Positions 29,156 through 42,487 of a DNA stretch of 64,000 nt are shown here, in pieces; position 1 is the stretch's first letter, and each line of letters opens with the position of its first letter. Source of the stretch: Anaeromyxobacter sp. (GTDB lineage: Bacteria > Myxococcota > Myxococcia > Myxococcales > Anaeromyxobacteraceae); contig JASGJN010000014.1 of assembly GCA_049840735.1 (NCBI GenBank), forward strand, positions 128,001-192,000, read 5' to 3'. The notes beneath the pieces are model-generated. The model did no database searches and had not been told where the DNA came from. It saw only the letters and a list, made by a program, of their open reading frames with translations. The position numbers were made by a program, and so were the translations under genes.

Positions 29156-32100
29156 TCACGGCGGCACCACGCAGGAGAGCCCCAGGCTCTCCCGCAGCCG
29201 CGCGTAGTCCTCGGAGACGCAGAAGGTGGCCAGGTCCTTGAGCCGCGTCTCCTCGCGCAGCTTCGAGACCTGGGGCCGCTCGGCGCGCACGCCGCGCCCG
29301 GCGATCTCGAGGTCGCCGGCGAGCAGCGTCGCCACGCGGTTCGAGGTCAGCTCGGCGCCGTCGAGGAACGAGCGCACGTCGCCCGGGTGCTGCACGTCGC
29401 AGTAGGCGCGCGCCAGCAGCTTGAGCGTGTTGCGGCGGACCGGCTCCGGCAGGGTCCGCTCCAGCTCGCGCTTCAGCTTCTCCACCAGGTGCGGATCGGC
29501 CGTCACCACGAAGCGCGAGGTGCCCACGGCGCAGGCGGCCTGGAACACCAGGTCGAGCTGGTCGTGCGGCATGAGGCGCGCCAGGAACAGCTCCGGGCGC
29601 GCGAACGCCATGGCCTTGCCGATGGCGAACCAGAGCTCCTTCTTCGGGCGCTCCTCGAAGAGGTCGTCGCCCGCCAGCAGCCCCGGCGGATCGGTGGGCA
29701 GCAGCTGCAGGCCGGTGGCCTGGGCGCCGCCGCGGCGGAACAGCCGCAGGGCACGGAAGCCCAGCGTCCGCTCCACGTACTTGAACATGTTGGCGAAGAA
29801 GAGCATCGAGCCCTGCACGTCCAGCTCGTCCTTCTTCGGGTTGAGCCCCAGGTCCTTCTCGCGCTGCAGGAACATCGGGCGCGCGTGGAGCGCCAGCAGC
29901 GTCATGATGTCGGCCAGCGGCCCCTTCAGCCGCTCGTGCATGAGCAGGCTCCAGAGCTCGTCGTCCAGCGGACGGCTGGCCTGGTCGCGCGCGAACTTGC
30001 GCAGGCGGCTCACCACCTGCACCTCCTCGCCCGCCGCCTCGCCCATCAGGTTCACCAGCACCTGCGCGGCCGAGTAGGCCTTGTCGTACTCGCGCCGGGA
30101 GGCGTGCAGCTTCACCAGCGCGCCGGCGGCGCGCGGCACCTTCACGCCCAGCTTGAGCAGCTGCCGGTAGGCGCCGACGGCCTCGGCCTCCTCGCCCGGC
30201 TTCTTCGCGGCCAGCTCGGCGTAGAGCTCCACCGCCACCGCGTCCTCCGGGTCGGCGCGGGAGACCACCTGGTAGGCGGTCCGGGCCCCGTCGTCGTCCT
30301 TCAGCACCGCGCGGTAGAGCTCGCCCAGCGTCTTCCAGAGCGCCAGCCGGGCCTGGGCCGCGTCCGGCGTCTTGGGCAGGCGCGCGATCATCCGCACGTA
30401 GGCCTGCTCCAGGTCGCGCCACCGCTTCTGGCGCGTGAGGATCTCCTCGATGGCGGCGAAGGCCTGCACCAGCCGCGGGCTGGCGTCGAGGGCCCGCTCC
30501 AGCTCCAGCAGCGCGGCCGCCTCGTCCTTCACCTCGTCGCGCAGCGTCTCGGCCAGGGAGAGGCGCAGCCGGGCGCAGCGGGCCTGGTCGGCCTGCACCT
30601 CGGGCCGGGTGATGATCTGCGCCAGCACGTCGGCGGCCTTCTGGGCCTGCCGCGTCTCGCGGTAGAGCCCCAGCAGCGCCTCGGTCACCTGCAGCGAGGT
30701 GGGGTCGATGCGCGAGGCGGCCAGGTAGGCGTCGATGGCCTGGTACGGGTCCTGGAGCTTGGCCCGGCAGGCGTCGCCGATGGCCACCAGGTTCTCGAAC
30801 CTGGCCGGGCCCTCGTCCAGCAGCGGCAGGAGCCGCTGCCGCTGCTCGACCGCCTCCTCCCAGCTCCCGGCCGCCTCCAGCAGCCGGACCAGGCTGCGGC
30901 GCGACGGCTCGTGGTTGGCGTCGATCTCCAGCGCCTTGCGGAAGGCGTTCACCGCCCGCTCGGGCTGCGCCAGCTTCTCGGCAATCTCGCCAATCTGCCA
31001 GTGCGTCTCCACCACCTCCAGGTCGGTCAGGCCGTCGTGGTGGTGGATGATGATGGTGGTGAAGATCCGGAGCGCCTCCTCCCACTGCTCCTCGCGGACC
31101 AGCAGGTTGCCCAGCCCCTCCAGCGCCGGCAGGTAGGTGGCGTCCAGCTCGTAGGCGCGGCGGTAGCTCTGCAGCGCCTTGTCCTTCCGGCCCAGCTTCT
31201 CGGAGACGTAGCCCACCCGGTAGGACTGGCGGCACAGCTCCTTGGCGTCGCCGCTGCCGGCCAGCGCCGCCACGATGGCGTCCAGCACGCGCTCGGCGTC
31301 GGGCCAGCGCGCCTGGCCCACGTAGATGTCCGAGAGCGGGCGGGCCGCGGGCAGGTGGCCCGGGGTGCGCTTCAGCGCCTCCTCGTAGTAGCGCGCCGCC
31401 GCCTCCTTGTCGTCGCGCTCCTCCTGGTAGATGCCGGCCGCCTCGGTGTAGCGCTCGGTCTTCTCCTGGACGTCGGTGGCGTAGCGGGCCTCGTCGACCA
31501 GCAGCTCCAGGTAGCGGTCGCGATCCCGGTCGCGCAGCGCGATGGCCTTGAGGGCGCGCAGCGCGCCCAGGTGGCCCGGGTCGAGCTGCAGGGCGCGCCC
31601 GTAGGCCTCCTTGGCGCTGCCGGTGTCCATCAGCATGTCCTCGTGGATGGCGCCCATCCGGACGTGCAGGTCCACCGCGTCCTTGGCGCCGCCGGCCACG
31701 CGCGCCTCGCGGCGCAGCATGTCCAGCGCCAGGTTCCAGTTGCCGCTCCGCTCGTAGAGCTGCCCCAGGGCCGAGACGGCCTGGCGCGAGTCGGGGTCGA
31801 GCTGCAGCGCGTGGTTGAAGATGGCCTCGGCCCGGTCCACGCGGGCCATCTCCTTGTAGAAGACCTCGCCGATGGCCACCTCCAGCGACACCTGCTCGCG
31901 CCGGTCGGTGAGGAGCGAGAGGTGGTGCTGCATCACGGCGATGAGCCGGTCCCACAGCTTCTCGCCGCGGTAGAGCCGCTCCAGGCTGCGCACCGCGGCC
32001 TGGTTGGCGCCGTCCAGCCGCAGGATGGCCTCGTTCTTCTCGATGGCCGGGCGCGGATCGGCGAGCTTCTCCTCGTGGATGGCCGCGCTGCGGGCCAGCA

Positions 32101-35100
32101 CCCGGATCTTCTCGCGCGGATCCTCGGCCAGCGCGATCTGCCGCTCGTAGACGCGGTTCAGCTCGGCGAACCGGTCCAGCTTGGTGTAGAGCCGCTCCAG
32201 GCCGGCCAGCGCCTCGGCCGAGCGGTCGTCCAGCCCCAGCACCGTCCGGTAGCCCTCGACCGCGGCCTCGTCGTCGCCGGTCTCCTCCTCGTGCACCGCC
32301 GCGATCTGCAGCTGCCAGGCGATGCGGGCGTCCTCGCTGGGCGCCAGGTCGCGGGCGCGGGCCAGCACGCCCACCAGGTCGGCCCAGCGCCCCTCGCGCC
32401 GGTAGAGGGCGGAGAGCCCCTCCAGCGCGGGCGCGTCGGCGCCGTCCAGCTCCAGCACCCGGCGCAGGGCGCCGATGGCCTCCTCCACGTCCTTGAGCTC
32501 GCCGTCGTAGATGCGGCAGAGCTCCATCAGCGTGGCCTTCTTCTCCTCCAGCCCGGCCGCCGCCTCGAGCTTCTGCTCCAGCGTGATGGCCAGCTCGCGG
32601 ATGCGGCCGCGCCGCTTGAACAGGCCGGTCAGCGCGTCCAGCGCCTCCGGGCTGGCCGGGTCGGCCTCCAGCGCCCGGCGGTAGGACGCCTCGGCCTCGT
32701 CGGCGTCGTCCAGCCGCTCGTCCTTCAGCGTGCCGAGGTGGATGAGGAGGCGGGCGCGCACCATGCCCTTGGCGTCCTCGGCCACGCTCTCGAACACCGC
32801 GGCCAGCTCGTCCCAGGCCTCGGTCTGGGCGGCGAGCCGCTCGCAGGCGGCCAGCACCTCGGCGTCGCCGGGGGCGACGGCCAGGGCGCGGCACCAGGCC
32901 AGGAAGCTCATCTCCTTCTGGCCCAGCCGCTTCTCGTGGATCCCGGCGACCTCCTTGATCAGCGCCAGCCGCTCGGCCGGATCGGCCAGGTGCGGGGCGA
33001 ACAGGTCGCAGGTCCGCGCGAAGGCGCGCCAGTTGCCGGCCTCGGAGTGGACGGTCCGCAGCCCCTCGTAGGCGCTCCGGTTGGCCGGCTCCAGCTCCAG
33101 CACCTTCTCCAGCGCCGCGGCCGCCGCGTCCGGCCGCTTCTGCGCCCGCCACAGGTCGGCGATGGCCAGCCAGGCCGGGACCGCCTCGGCCGGCCCGCCC
33201 TGGGCCGCCAGCAGCGCGGCGCGGGCCTCGGCGGCGCGCACGCCCTCCGCCGCCGCGCCGGCCTGCCTGAAGATCTCCTCCACCCGGACCAGCTCGTCGA
33301 TCTGGTGCGGCTCGATGTCGAAGGCCAGCTTGGCCTGCTCCACCGCGTCGCGCTTCTGGCCGGCGCGCAGCAGCACCTCGGCCAGCTCCAGCCGGACCCG
33401 CTTCACGCCGGCGGCGTCGGCCTGCACCGGCACCAGCCGGCGGTAGATCGAGACCAGCCCGTCGTGGTCGCCCTGGGCCGCGTAGATGTCGCGCAGCTGC
33501 TCCAGCGCCCGCACGTTGCGCGGGTCGGAGTCGAGCACCGCCTTGTAGGAGGCCACGGCCTGGGCCGGGTCGCCCAGCCGCGTGGCCATCACCTGCCCCA
33601 GCTTGTCGTTGAGCCGGGCAATCTCGCGCCGGTCCACCGTGGCCTGGATGCGCACCCGCAGGTGCTGGGCCAGGTCCTGCCAGCGCTCCAGCCGGTCGTA
33701 GAGGTCCTCCAGCGCCGCCAGCGCCGCCTCGTGGCGCGGGCGGAGCGCGAGCAGCTCCTTCCAGAGCACCACCGCCTCGTCCGGCCGGCCCAGCTCGGCC
33801 GCCAGCGCGCCCATCCGCGCCAGCACGCGCTCGCGGCCGGCCGGCTCGGTGGTGGCGGCCCGCTGCATGGACAGGTTGCGGAGCAGGTCCTCGCGCCGCC
33901 CGGCGCCCTCGTAGAGCGCCTCCAGCGCGCGCAGCGCGCCCGCGTGGCGCGGGTCGGCCGCCACCGCCAGCTCGTAGGCCTCGGCGGCGCGGTCGGGCGA
34001 GGCCAGCCGCTCCTCGCAGAGCTGCCCCAGCCGGAACAGGAAGCCCACCTTGTCGGCGCCCTGGGCCGCGGAGGCCCGCGCCGAGAGCACGTCGGCCAGC
34101 TCCGGCCAGCTCTCCAGCTTGCCGTAGAGCCGCTCCAGGGCCGGCAGCGCGGCGGGCGCGGTGCCCGGGTCGAGCGCCAGCGCGCGGCGCAGGAAGGAGG
34201 CGGCCCGGGCCGGCTCGCCGGTCTTCTCCTCCAAGAGCCCGCCCAGCCGCAGCGCCACCTGCGCCGTGTCGGCCGGCGGCAGCCGGTCGATCTCGTCCTC
34301 CAGGATGGCGGCCAGCTCCTCCTCGTGGCCGCTCTGCACCGCCAGCTGGTCCAGGCGCGCCCGCACCCCGGCGTCCACCGGGTCCTCGCGGAAGGCCTTG
34401 CAGAGCGCCAGGAAGGCCAGCTCCGGCTCGCCCAGCGCCTTCTCGCGCAGGTCCGCCAGCGCCACGTAGAGCGCGCGCCGCTCGGCCGGATCCGGCCGCT
34501 CGCCGGCCCGCGTCTCCAGCACCGCGGCCTGCCGCTTCACGTCGCCCTGGGCGGCGTAGGCCCGCTCCAGAGCCAGGGCCGCGCGGGCGCTGGTCGGGTC
34601 GCGCTGCAGGAGCCCCTCCACCCGCGCGATGGCCTCGGGGTGGTCAGGGCGGGCGGCCAGCACCTGCTCGTAGAGCTCCAGCGCCCCCTCGCGGTCCAGC
34701 AGCCGCGCCTCGCGCAGCTCGGCCAACCGCTGGCGGAAGCCCAGCGCCGCGGCGGCGTCCTCGGCAGCGTCGGCCCCGGCAATCTCGCGGGCCAGCACCT
34801 CGCCCAGGTCCACCCAGCGCTCGGTCTTGACGCAGAGCCGGTCCAGCCGGGCCAGCGCCTCGCGGTCGTCCGGGGCCACCTCCAGCAGCTTGCGCGTGGC
34901 CTGGGCGGCGCCGGCGGGATCGCCCAGGCGCTCGTCCAGCACCGCCGCCAGCTCGCGCAGCAGGTGGGCGCGGCCGCCCGGCGACTCCTCCAGCGCCAGC
35001 GCCCGGCGCAGCGCCTGGGCGTGCGCCTCGGGGTCGGCGCCGCCCTTGAGCGCGTCGATGAGCCCGACCAGCGCCTCGCGATCGTCCGGGACCAGGTCCA

Positions 35101-38100
35101 GCAGCCGCTGCCAGGCCTCGGCCGCGCGGGCCGGCTCGCGCCGCGCCAGCCGGGCCAGGTGGCGCTGGTACTCGGCGCGCGCCGCCGGGGTCCGGGCGCG
35201 GTCGGCGTTCTCCGCCAGCACCGCCGCCAGCTCGTCGGTCAGCCCGGCCGCCTCGGCCAGGTGCACGCCCAGCTCGAGCGACTCGGGCGCGTCGGGGTCG
35301 GCGGCCAGCGCGCGGCTGGCGGCCAGGAAGGCCATGTCGGGGTTGCGCAGCGGGCGCGAGTAGACCTCGGCCACGCGGCGCAGCAGCCCGGCGCGGGCGG
35401 CCGGGTCGGTCTCGTTGGCGGCGCGCGCCTCCAGCGTCTCCACCAGCTTCTGGTGCTCGCCCTCGCGCGTGTAGATGGGCTCGAGCAGCAGCGCCGCCTC
35501 CAGCGCGGCCGGGCCGCTGCCCCGGGCCAGCTCCTCCAGCGCGGTCAGGGCCGCCGGGTGGCGGGGCACCTTCTCCAGCACGCCGCGGTAGAGCGCCAGC
35601 GCGCCGCCGGCGTCGGAGAGCCGCTGGTGGCGGATGCGCCCGAGGCGGTAGCGCAGCTCGGCCGCCTCGGCCACCAGGTTGGGCTGCCGGTCGGCCGCGT
35701 CCACCTGGCGGGCCAGCACGTCGCAGAGCTCGTCCCAGCGCTCGCCCGAGCCCAGGAGCTGCCCCAGGAGCCGCAGCGCCTGCGGGTCCTCCGGATCGAC
35801 GGAGAGGATCTTGCGGTACGCCTGGGCGGCGCCGTCGCGGTCGGAGAGCTGTTCGGCCATGATCTTCGCCACCTCGAGCAGGAGTTCCTTGCGGGCCGCG
35901 GGCGCGGGGGCCACGACGGCGAGCCGGTCCAGCGTGGCCGCCAGCTCGCGGGCGGCGCCCAGCCGCCGGTAGACCCGGGCCAGCGCGCCCAGCGCCTCCG
36001 GGGAGGGCGCCGCGGCGACGACCTCCTCGTACCAGCGCGCGGCCAGGTCGGGTCGCCCCAGCCGCTCGGCGTGGATGACGGCGAGGCGGCGCCGCAGCTC
36101 CAGCGCCACCGGGGCGGGCAGCGGCCCCTCCAGCGCGTCCTGGAAGGCGCCCACCACCTCGTCCCACAGGTTGGCCGCCCCGGCCAGCCGCTCCAGGTCG
36201 GCGCGGGCGCCGGGGGCGTCCAGCCCGCGCTTCACCGCCTCGCCCAGCTCGCGCAGCCGGGCCCGGAAGGCGCGCGGCAGGTCGCCCAGCCGCTCGTGCA
36301 GCGCCGCCAGCTCGGCCAGCAGCGGGCTGCGCTCGGCGTCGTCGGCGGAGGAGAGCCGCACCTCCAGCAGGTCGGCCAGCCCGCGGGCGTCGCCGGAGGC
36401 CCGCAGCACGTCCTCCAGCACGCGGGCCGCCAGCTCGCGCGCGTCGGGCCGGTCCAGCAGCCGCTGCAGCCCGGCCACCGCGCCGGGCTCGCGCGGCGCC
36501 TCGGCCAGCACCTCGGCGTAGGCATCCACCGGCGCGCGCGGCGCCGGGTCGGCCTCCAGCAGCGCGGCGCGGCGCAGCAGGACCTCGGTCCGGCGCGCCG
36601 GCTCGGGGCGCAGCGCCGCCGCCAGCGCGGAGAGCACGTCCAGCCGCTCCGGGCCGGGCGCCTCGCGGGCCAGGATCCGCTCCAGCCCCTCCAGCGCCTC
36701 CAGCCGCCCCGGCTCCTCGACCCGCGCGGCGCGGTAGGCCTCGGCGGCGGCGGCCGGATCGCCCAGCCCCTCGGCCAGCTCGGCCGCGCGGAGCAGGTGC
36801 GCCACGCGGGCCTCGCCCTCGGCCAGCGCGGCGCGGCGGCGGGCCACCGCCACCAGCTCGCCCACCGAGCGGGCCGCGGCGTGGAGCGCCTCCAGGGCCT
36901 CCAGCGCCTCGGTGTCCTCCGGCGCCGCGGCCAGCACCGCCTGCCAGGCCTCCACCGCGGCCGGGCCGGTGCGCAGCCGCGCCGCGGTCCGGCGCAGCGC
37001 CAGCGCCTCCTCCGGCTCGGCGCCGGCGGCGGCCTGCTCGTAGACGCCGGGCAGCTCCTCCTCGTTCTCGCTCAGGCGGGCCAGCCGGACCAGGTCGTCG
37101 GCGGCGCCGGCGCGGGCCGGCCCGCCCTCGGCGAAGGCGCGGCAGGCGGCCAGGAAGGCCAGCGACGGCTCCTTCAGCTCGGCCTCGAGGAGCGTGCGCG
37201 CCTCGGCGTGCAGCCGGGCCCGCTCCACCGGATCCTCCAGCGCCGCCAGGCGCGCCTCGCGGGCGGCCACCCGGCGCGCGTGGGCGCCGGTGGTGCGCAG
37301 CGCCGCGTCGGCGGCCTCCAGCGCCTCGCGCCCCACCGGGCCGGGCGTGGCCGCCAGGGCCACCAGCGCCTCCAGCGAGGCCTCGCGGCGCGGGTCGCGC
37401 CGCACCAGCTCGGCGTGCAGCGGCAGCGCGCCGGCCGGGTCGGCCAGGCGCGTCCGGCGCAGCTCGGCCAGCCGCGCCGCCACCTCCGGGTCGAAGGCCC
37501 GCGCCAGGCGCGCCTCCAGCCCGGCCGCCAGCGCCTCCGGGCGGTCCAGCCGCTCGTAGAGCCGCTCCAGGGCCGCCGCCGCCTCGCCGTCCTGCGGGGC
37601 CGAGGCGCGCACGGCCTCCCAGGCCGCCGCGGCGCGGGCCGGATCGCCCAGCCGGGCCTCGGCCACCGCCGCCTCCTCGCGCAGCGCGTCCTCGCGCCCG
37701 GCGGCGGAGGGGGCGCGCCGCGCCAGCTCGGCGCAGAATCCCGGCCAGCTCGCCCCAGCGCTCGCGCGCGCGGTGCAGGCGGCGCAGCGCCGCCAGCGCG
37801 TCGGCGTCGCCGGGGGCCATCTGCAGCACCCGCGCCCAGGCCTCGGCGGCGCGGTCGCGATCCAGCCGCCGCTCCACCAGCTCGGCCCGCTCGCGGGCGA
37901 TGGGGAGCCGGTGCTCCGGGAGCGCCTTCTCCAGCAGCTCGTCGTGGACCCGGGCGCACGCCTCCCACTCCTGCGTCTCGCCGGCCAGCCGGCGCAGGTC
38001 GGCCCGCAGGCCGGCGTCGGCCGGCAGCTCGCGGGCGGCCTCCGCCACCGCGGCGAAGGCCAGCGCGCGCTGCCCCAGCTCCTCCTCGCAGAATCCGCGC

Positions 38101-41100
38101 CGCCGACCGGCGCGCCGCGGCGCGCGAGGGCGCGTCGGCCGCCAGCCGGGCCTCGGTCTCCAGCGCCCGCAGCCGCCGGCGCGGGTCGGGGTGGCGCGCC
38201 AGCGCGGCCGCCGCGGCCCGGGCCCCGTCCTCGTCGGCGCCGCCCAGCTGCTCCTCCAGGCCGGACAGCGCGGCCGGATCGTCCGGGCGGGCCGCCAGCG
38301 CGGCCGCCAGCCGCTCCACCGCGGCGGCCCCCTGCCCCAGGCTGGCGCGCACCCGCGCGCTCTCCACCGCCGCCCGGGCCACCTCGGCCGCGTCGCCGCC
38401 GGCCGCGGCCCGCTCGGCCAGGACGTCGGCGCGGCCGGCCAGGTCGCCCGCGGCGCCCAGCGCGTCGGCCAGGCCGGCCAGGAGCCGCGGGCGCGCCTCG
38501 GCCGCGGCGCAGGCCAGCGCCTCGCGGTAGAGCGCGGCGGCGGCGGCCGGGTCCTGCCGCCGCTCCTGCAGCACCTCGGCGCGCTGGGCCAGCAGCATGG
38601 CCCGCTCGGCGCCCTCGGCGCGGCCGGCGCGCTCGGCCAGGAGCCGGTCGGCCTCCTCCCAGCGCCCGGCGGCCATGGCCACGCGGGTCAGCGCCGGCAG
38701 CGCCGCCGCGTCGCCGGGGCGGAGCGCCAGCACGCGCGCCAGCTGCGTGGCCGCGTCCTCGAACGCGCCCAGGTCCTCCTCGGCCACGGCGGCCGCGCGC
38801 AGGCGCAGCGCCGCCTCGTCCTCCGGGCGGCCGGCGAGCTGCGCCGAGGCGGCCACCAGCACCGCGAACAGCTCCCGCAGCGCCCCCACCTGGCGGGCCA
38901 GCGCCTCGCAGCGGGCCCGCGCCTCGGCGTGGTCCGGGCAGGCGCGCAGCGCCGCGACGGCGGCGGAGAGCGCGCCGCGGGCGTCGCCCAGCTTGTCGGC
39001 CCGGAGCGCGGCCGCGTCCAGCAGGTGGCGCGCGCGCTCGGTGGGCGCGGTGCCCTGCGGCAGCCGCTCGGCCCAGAGCTCCAGCATGGCCGCCTGCCGG
39101 GCGTGATCGCCGGCCGCGGCGTGCAGCGGCGCCAGCGCCTGCGGGATGCGCAGCGGCTCGACCCCGCGGGCCAGCAGCCGCTCCAGCAGCGCCACCGCGC
39201 CGCCGCGGGCCGCGGCGGGCAGGCCCGGCGCCTGGAGCAGCCCCAGCGCCACCCCGGCCGCCTCGGCCAGCCGCCCCAGCGGCTCGGCCAGCAGCTCGGC
39301 CCGGGCCTGGGCCAGCTCGGCCCGCTCGGCCGGCGTCTGCACGCGCTCCACCAGCCTGGCCAGCGCGGACACGCGCTCCTCGGCGCTGCGGGGGCCGGGC
39401 AGGTCCTCCAGCGCGGCCAGCAGCCCGCGCAGCCCCTCCTCGTCGTCGGGGCGGCCCACCAGGAGCCCGCGCCAGACCGCGGCGGCCCGCTCCGGCTCGC
39501 CGGCCTCGGCCCAGTGGCGGGCCAGCTTCACCGAGAGCGCGTACCGCTCCTCGCCCGAGGCGCGCGACCGCCGCTCCTCCAGCGTGCGGGCCAGCTCCTC
39601 CACCTGGCCGGCGCGGGCCAGGCAGGCCTCCAGCGCGCCGGCGGCGCCGCGGTCCTCCGGGTCCAGCTCGCAGAGGCTCCGCCAGGCGCGGACCGCCTCC
39701 TCCGGCTGCGCCAGGTCGCGGTCCAGCACCTCGGCCAGCCGGCGCAGCAGCGTCTTGCGGGCCTTGAGGTCGGCCCCGGCGGACTGGGCCGCGGCGCGGT
39801 AGACGCGGGCCAGCTCGGCCCAGGCGTCGGCGCGGGCGGCGGCGCCCTCCATGGCCTTGCGGACCGCGGCGCGGCCCGGGTCGAGCTGCAGCGCGCGCCC
39901 CAGGGTGCGCAGCGCGTCGCGCGGCCGGTCCAGCCGCTCCTGCTGCACCTCGGCCAGCCGCTCCAGCAGCTTGACCCGCTCCCCCGGATCGCGCTCCCAG
40001 CGGGCGGTCAGCTCCAGCACCTCGGCCAGCCGCGGCCACTCGCCGGCGTCGGCCAGGATGGCGGCCAGCGCCTGCGCGGCCGCGCCGTGGCTGGGGTCGA
40101 TGCGCAGCGCCGCCTCGAGGTGGCGGCGCGCGCGGGCCGGGTCGGCCAGCCGGTCGCGGGCCAGCGCCGCGGCGCGGGTGCGGAGCGGCGCGTGGGCCGG
40201 CTTGGCCGGCGCAGCGGCCAGGTGGCGCTCCAGCGCGGCCAGCGCCTCGGCGAAGCGGCCGGCGTCCACCTCCAGCTCGAACACCTGCAGCGCGGCGGTC
40301 TCGCTGGCCGGGTCCAGCTCCAGCGCACGGCGCAGCGCGCCCACGGCGCTCTCGACGTCGCCGAAGCGGACCAGGTCCACCCGCGCCATCTCCAGGTGCA
40401 GCGTCAGCAGCGCGGCGCGGTCGCGGGTGGTGGCGGCCAGCCGGGCCAGCGCGTCGGCGTGGCCGCGGTGGTCGGCCCGCTCGGCGAAGAGCCGCTCCAG
40501 CAGCGCCAGCGCGCCGGCGCTCCCCGGGTGCAGCGCCCAGGCGCGCTCCACCCGCTCCAGCGCCCGCGCGGCGCCGTCGGGATCGTAGGCGGCGTGGACC
40601 TGCGCCAGCCGCAGCTGCACGCGGGCCGCCTCGCGCCGGTCCGGCGCCGCGGCGGCGGCCGCCTCCAGCCGGGCCGCCTCCTCGCGCCAGGCGCGGGGGT
40701 AGGCCTTGAGCCGCTCGCGGGCCTCCTGCGCGCCCGGGGCGGCGCGGTCGAGCGTGAGCGCCTCGATGAGCGCGTCCATGGCCGGCCCGTGCTCGAGCGG
40801 CTCGTCCACCAGCGTCGCGCCCAGCGCGGCGTACTCGGCCGCCAGCGCCTTCGGCTCGGCCCCGGCGTCGCGGGCGCCGTCGAGCAGCCGGCGGGCCTGG
40901 CCGTAGCGGCGCAGCGCCGTGAAGCAGGCCAGGGCGCGCGTGCGCGCCTCGTCCAGCGCCGGGTCGAGGCGGAGCGCGCGGGCGTAGAGCAGGGCCGCGC
41001 GATCGCGCCGGGCCAGCCGCTCCTCCTGCAGCCGCCCCAGCCGCAGCGTCACCGCCGCCGCGGCGCGCGCGTCGGGCGCGTGGATGGCCTGCGCCTCCAG

Positions 41101-41448
41101 CGCGGCCGCCAGCGCCGCCCAGTCGCCCTTCTCCTCCAGCAGCGCCGCCAGCGACTGGAGCGCGGCGGCGTTGGCCGGATCCGCCTGCAGCAGCTGGCGG
41201 TAGAGCTCCTCGGCGCGCGCCACGTTGCGCAGCTGCGCGTGGGCCAGCCGCGCCGCCTCGGCCAGGAGCGGCGCGCCCGGCGCAGCCGCCAGCCGCGCGC
41301 GCCCCTCGTAGAGCGCGATCAGCTCCTCCCAGCGCGAGTCGGTGCGGTACAGCCCGACGAGGGCGTCGAACGCCTGCACGTCGCCGGGAGCTGCCTCGAG
41401 GGTGTCGAGGTGCTGGCGGATCTGCTCGTCCAGAGAGGGAGCGGTCAA
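29156..41448 (-). CDS. gltI: Giant TPR protein GltI/AgmK (~4096 aa after correcting +1 frameshifts at 38091-38095 and 37736-37740)
   Basis: TPR-like repeats continue across three frames and join when GAATC is read as GATC; lies between gltH and gltJ. Confidence 0.82.
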
Positions 41449-41503
41449 GTTCGGTTCGCGGGGTCGCGGGGACAGGTCCGGCGCGCTGCCACCAGACCAC
41501 GGG

Positions 41504-41533
41504 AGTATAGGTCCCGATCCGCCGGGGGGTCAA
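41504..41533 (-). promoter_or_regulatory. Putative sigma70 promoter of gltI
   Basis: TTGACC-N18-TATACT on the minus strand, about 55 nt upstream of the start. Confidence 0.6.
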
Positions 41534-41851
41534 TCTTGCGACCGGCCAAATTCCGAGCCCTTACGGGCGTTTGAAGGGACCGGCGGGAGCCGCGGACCCG
41601 CGCGGCGCAACCCGGGGGAGAGTGACTGCGAGTGTAGGGAAAGGACCTCAGGCCCCAGGCTTCTGGCCTCGGGGGTGCGTGGCCGGGCGGATCGGGGCAG
41701 GAAGCCCCGGGAAACCCGGTCCACGGGTAGCCGAGGCGACCGAAAGAGCCCTGCAAACGCAAGAAGCAGGAGCGGCGGCGCCCGCGAGCCGTCGCCCGCC
41801 AGCACCGCCGCCTTCCTGAGGCATGAAGCCTGACGCCTCGAGCCCTCCGCC

Positions 41852-42478
41852 TCAGAACGTGTAGCGAACGGTCGGATATACCGAGAACCCGTTCGCGCCG
41901 GCGGTGAGCGCCCGGACGTAGTCGGCGGCCAGGCCGACCGAGAAGTGGCGCAGCTTGGTGTAGTACTCGATGCCCGGCCCGCCCTGGACCACGATGTCGT
42001 TGGTCCCGAAGAGCCCCTCGGGATAGGTCAGCGCGTAGCCGCCCCGGGCGTGCAGGTAGAAGAAGAACCGCTCCCAGTCGTTCCGGTCGCGCGCCCCGAA
42101 CAGCGCCACCCGCGCGTCCAGGCCGAAGCTGTAGAGGCTGAACGCGCCGTAGTCGGCGCTGGCGTGGGCGTTGCCGCCCTGGGCGAACAGGGCCAGCGAG
42201 ACCCGCGAGCCCAGGTCGCGGCCGAACTGGGCGCCCACCACCATGCCGTTGGCCGGCCCGCCGCTCTCGCCGGCGTAGGGGAAGCTGGCGGGATCGTCGG
42301 TGGGCGTGTCGAGCAGGTGCAGGTACCCGGCCTCGAAGCCGAGGAACCAGCCGCGCTCCACGTCGTTGAAGCGGGCGACGCGCGGGTCCTCCTGCAGCTG
42401 GGGCGCCGCGTCCTGGGCGGCGGCGAGGGCCGGCAGGAGCAGCGCGGCGGCGAAGGCGAGCTTGGACGAGCGGTTCAC
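41852..42478 (-). CDS. gltH: Outer-membrane beta-barrel GltH/CglE
   Basis: Signal peptide, FNDVERGW, EYYTKLRHFSVG, terminal YTF; synteny. Confidence 0.82.
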   Translation of the reverse strand: MNRSSKLAFAAALLLPALAAAQDAAPQLQEDPRVARFNDVERGWFLGFEAGYLHLLDTPTDDPASFPYAGESGGPANGMVVGAQFGRDLGSRVSLALFAQGGNAHASADYGAFSLYSFGLDARVALFGARDRNDWERFFFYLHARGGYALTYPEGLFGTNDIVVQGGPGIEYYTKLRHFSVGLAADYVRALTAGANGFSVYPTVRYTF

Positions 42479-42487
42479 GGTGCGCCT

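Noticed and set aside
29106..41574. Very long alternative-frame and antisense ORFs (e.g. 29387-38530 +, 29106-33152 -)
   Set aside because: Shadow ORFs caused by high GC and codon bias of the real TPR gene; Arg/Gly/Pro-rich with no motifs
41637..41745. c-di-GMP-I (GEMM) riboswitch or SRP RNA
   Set aside because: Only a partial 3' resemblance (GGTAGCCGAGGCGACCGAA); the GEMM first-stem motif and the SRP CAGG..GGAA..AGCAG core are missing; orientation is antisense to gltI
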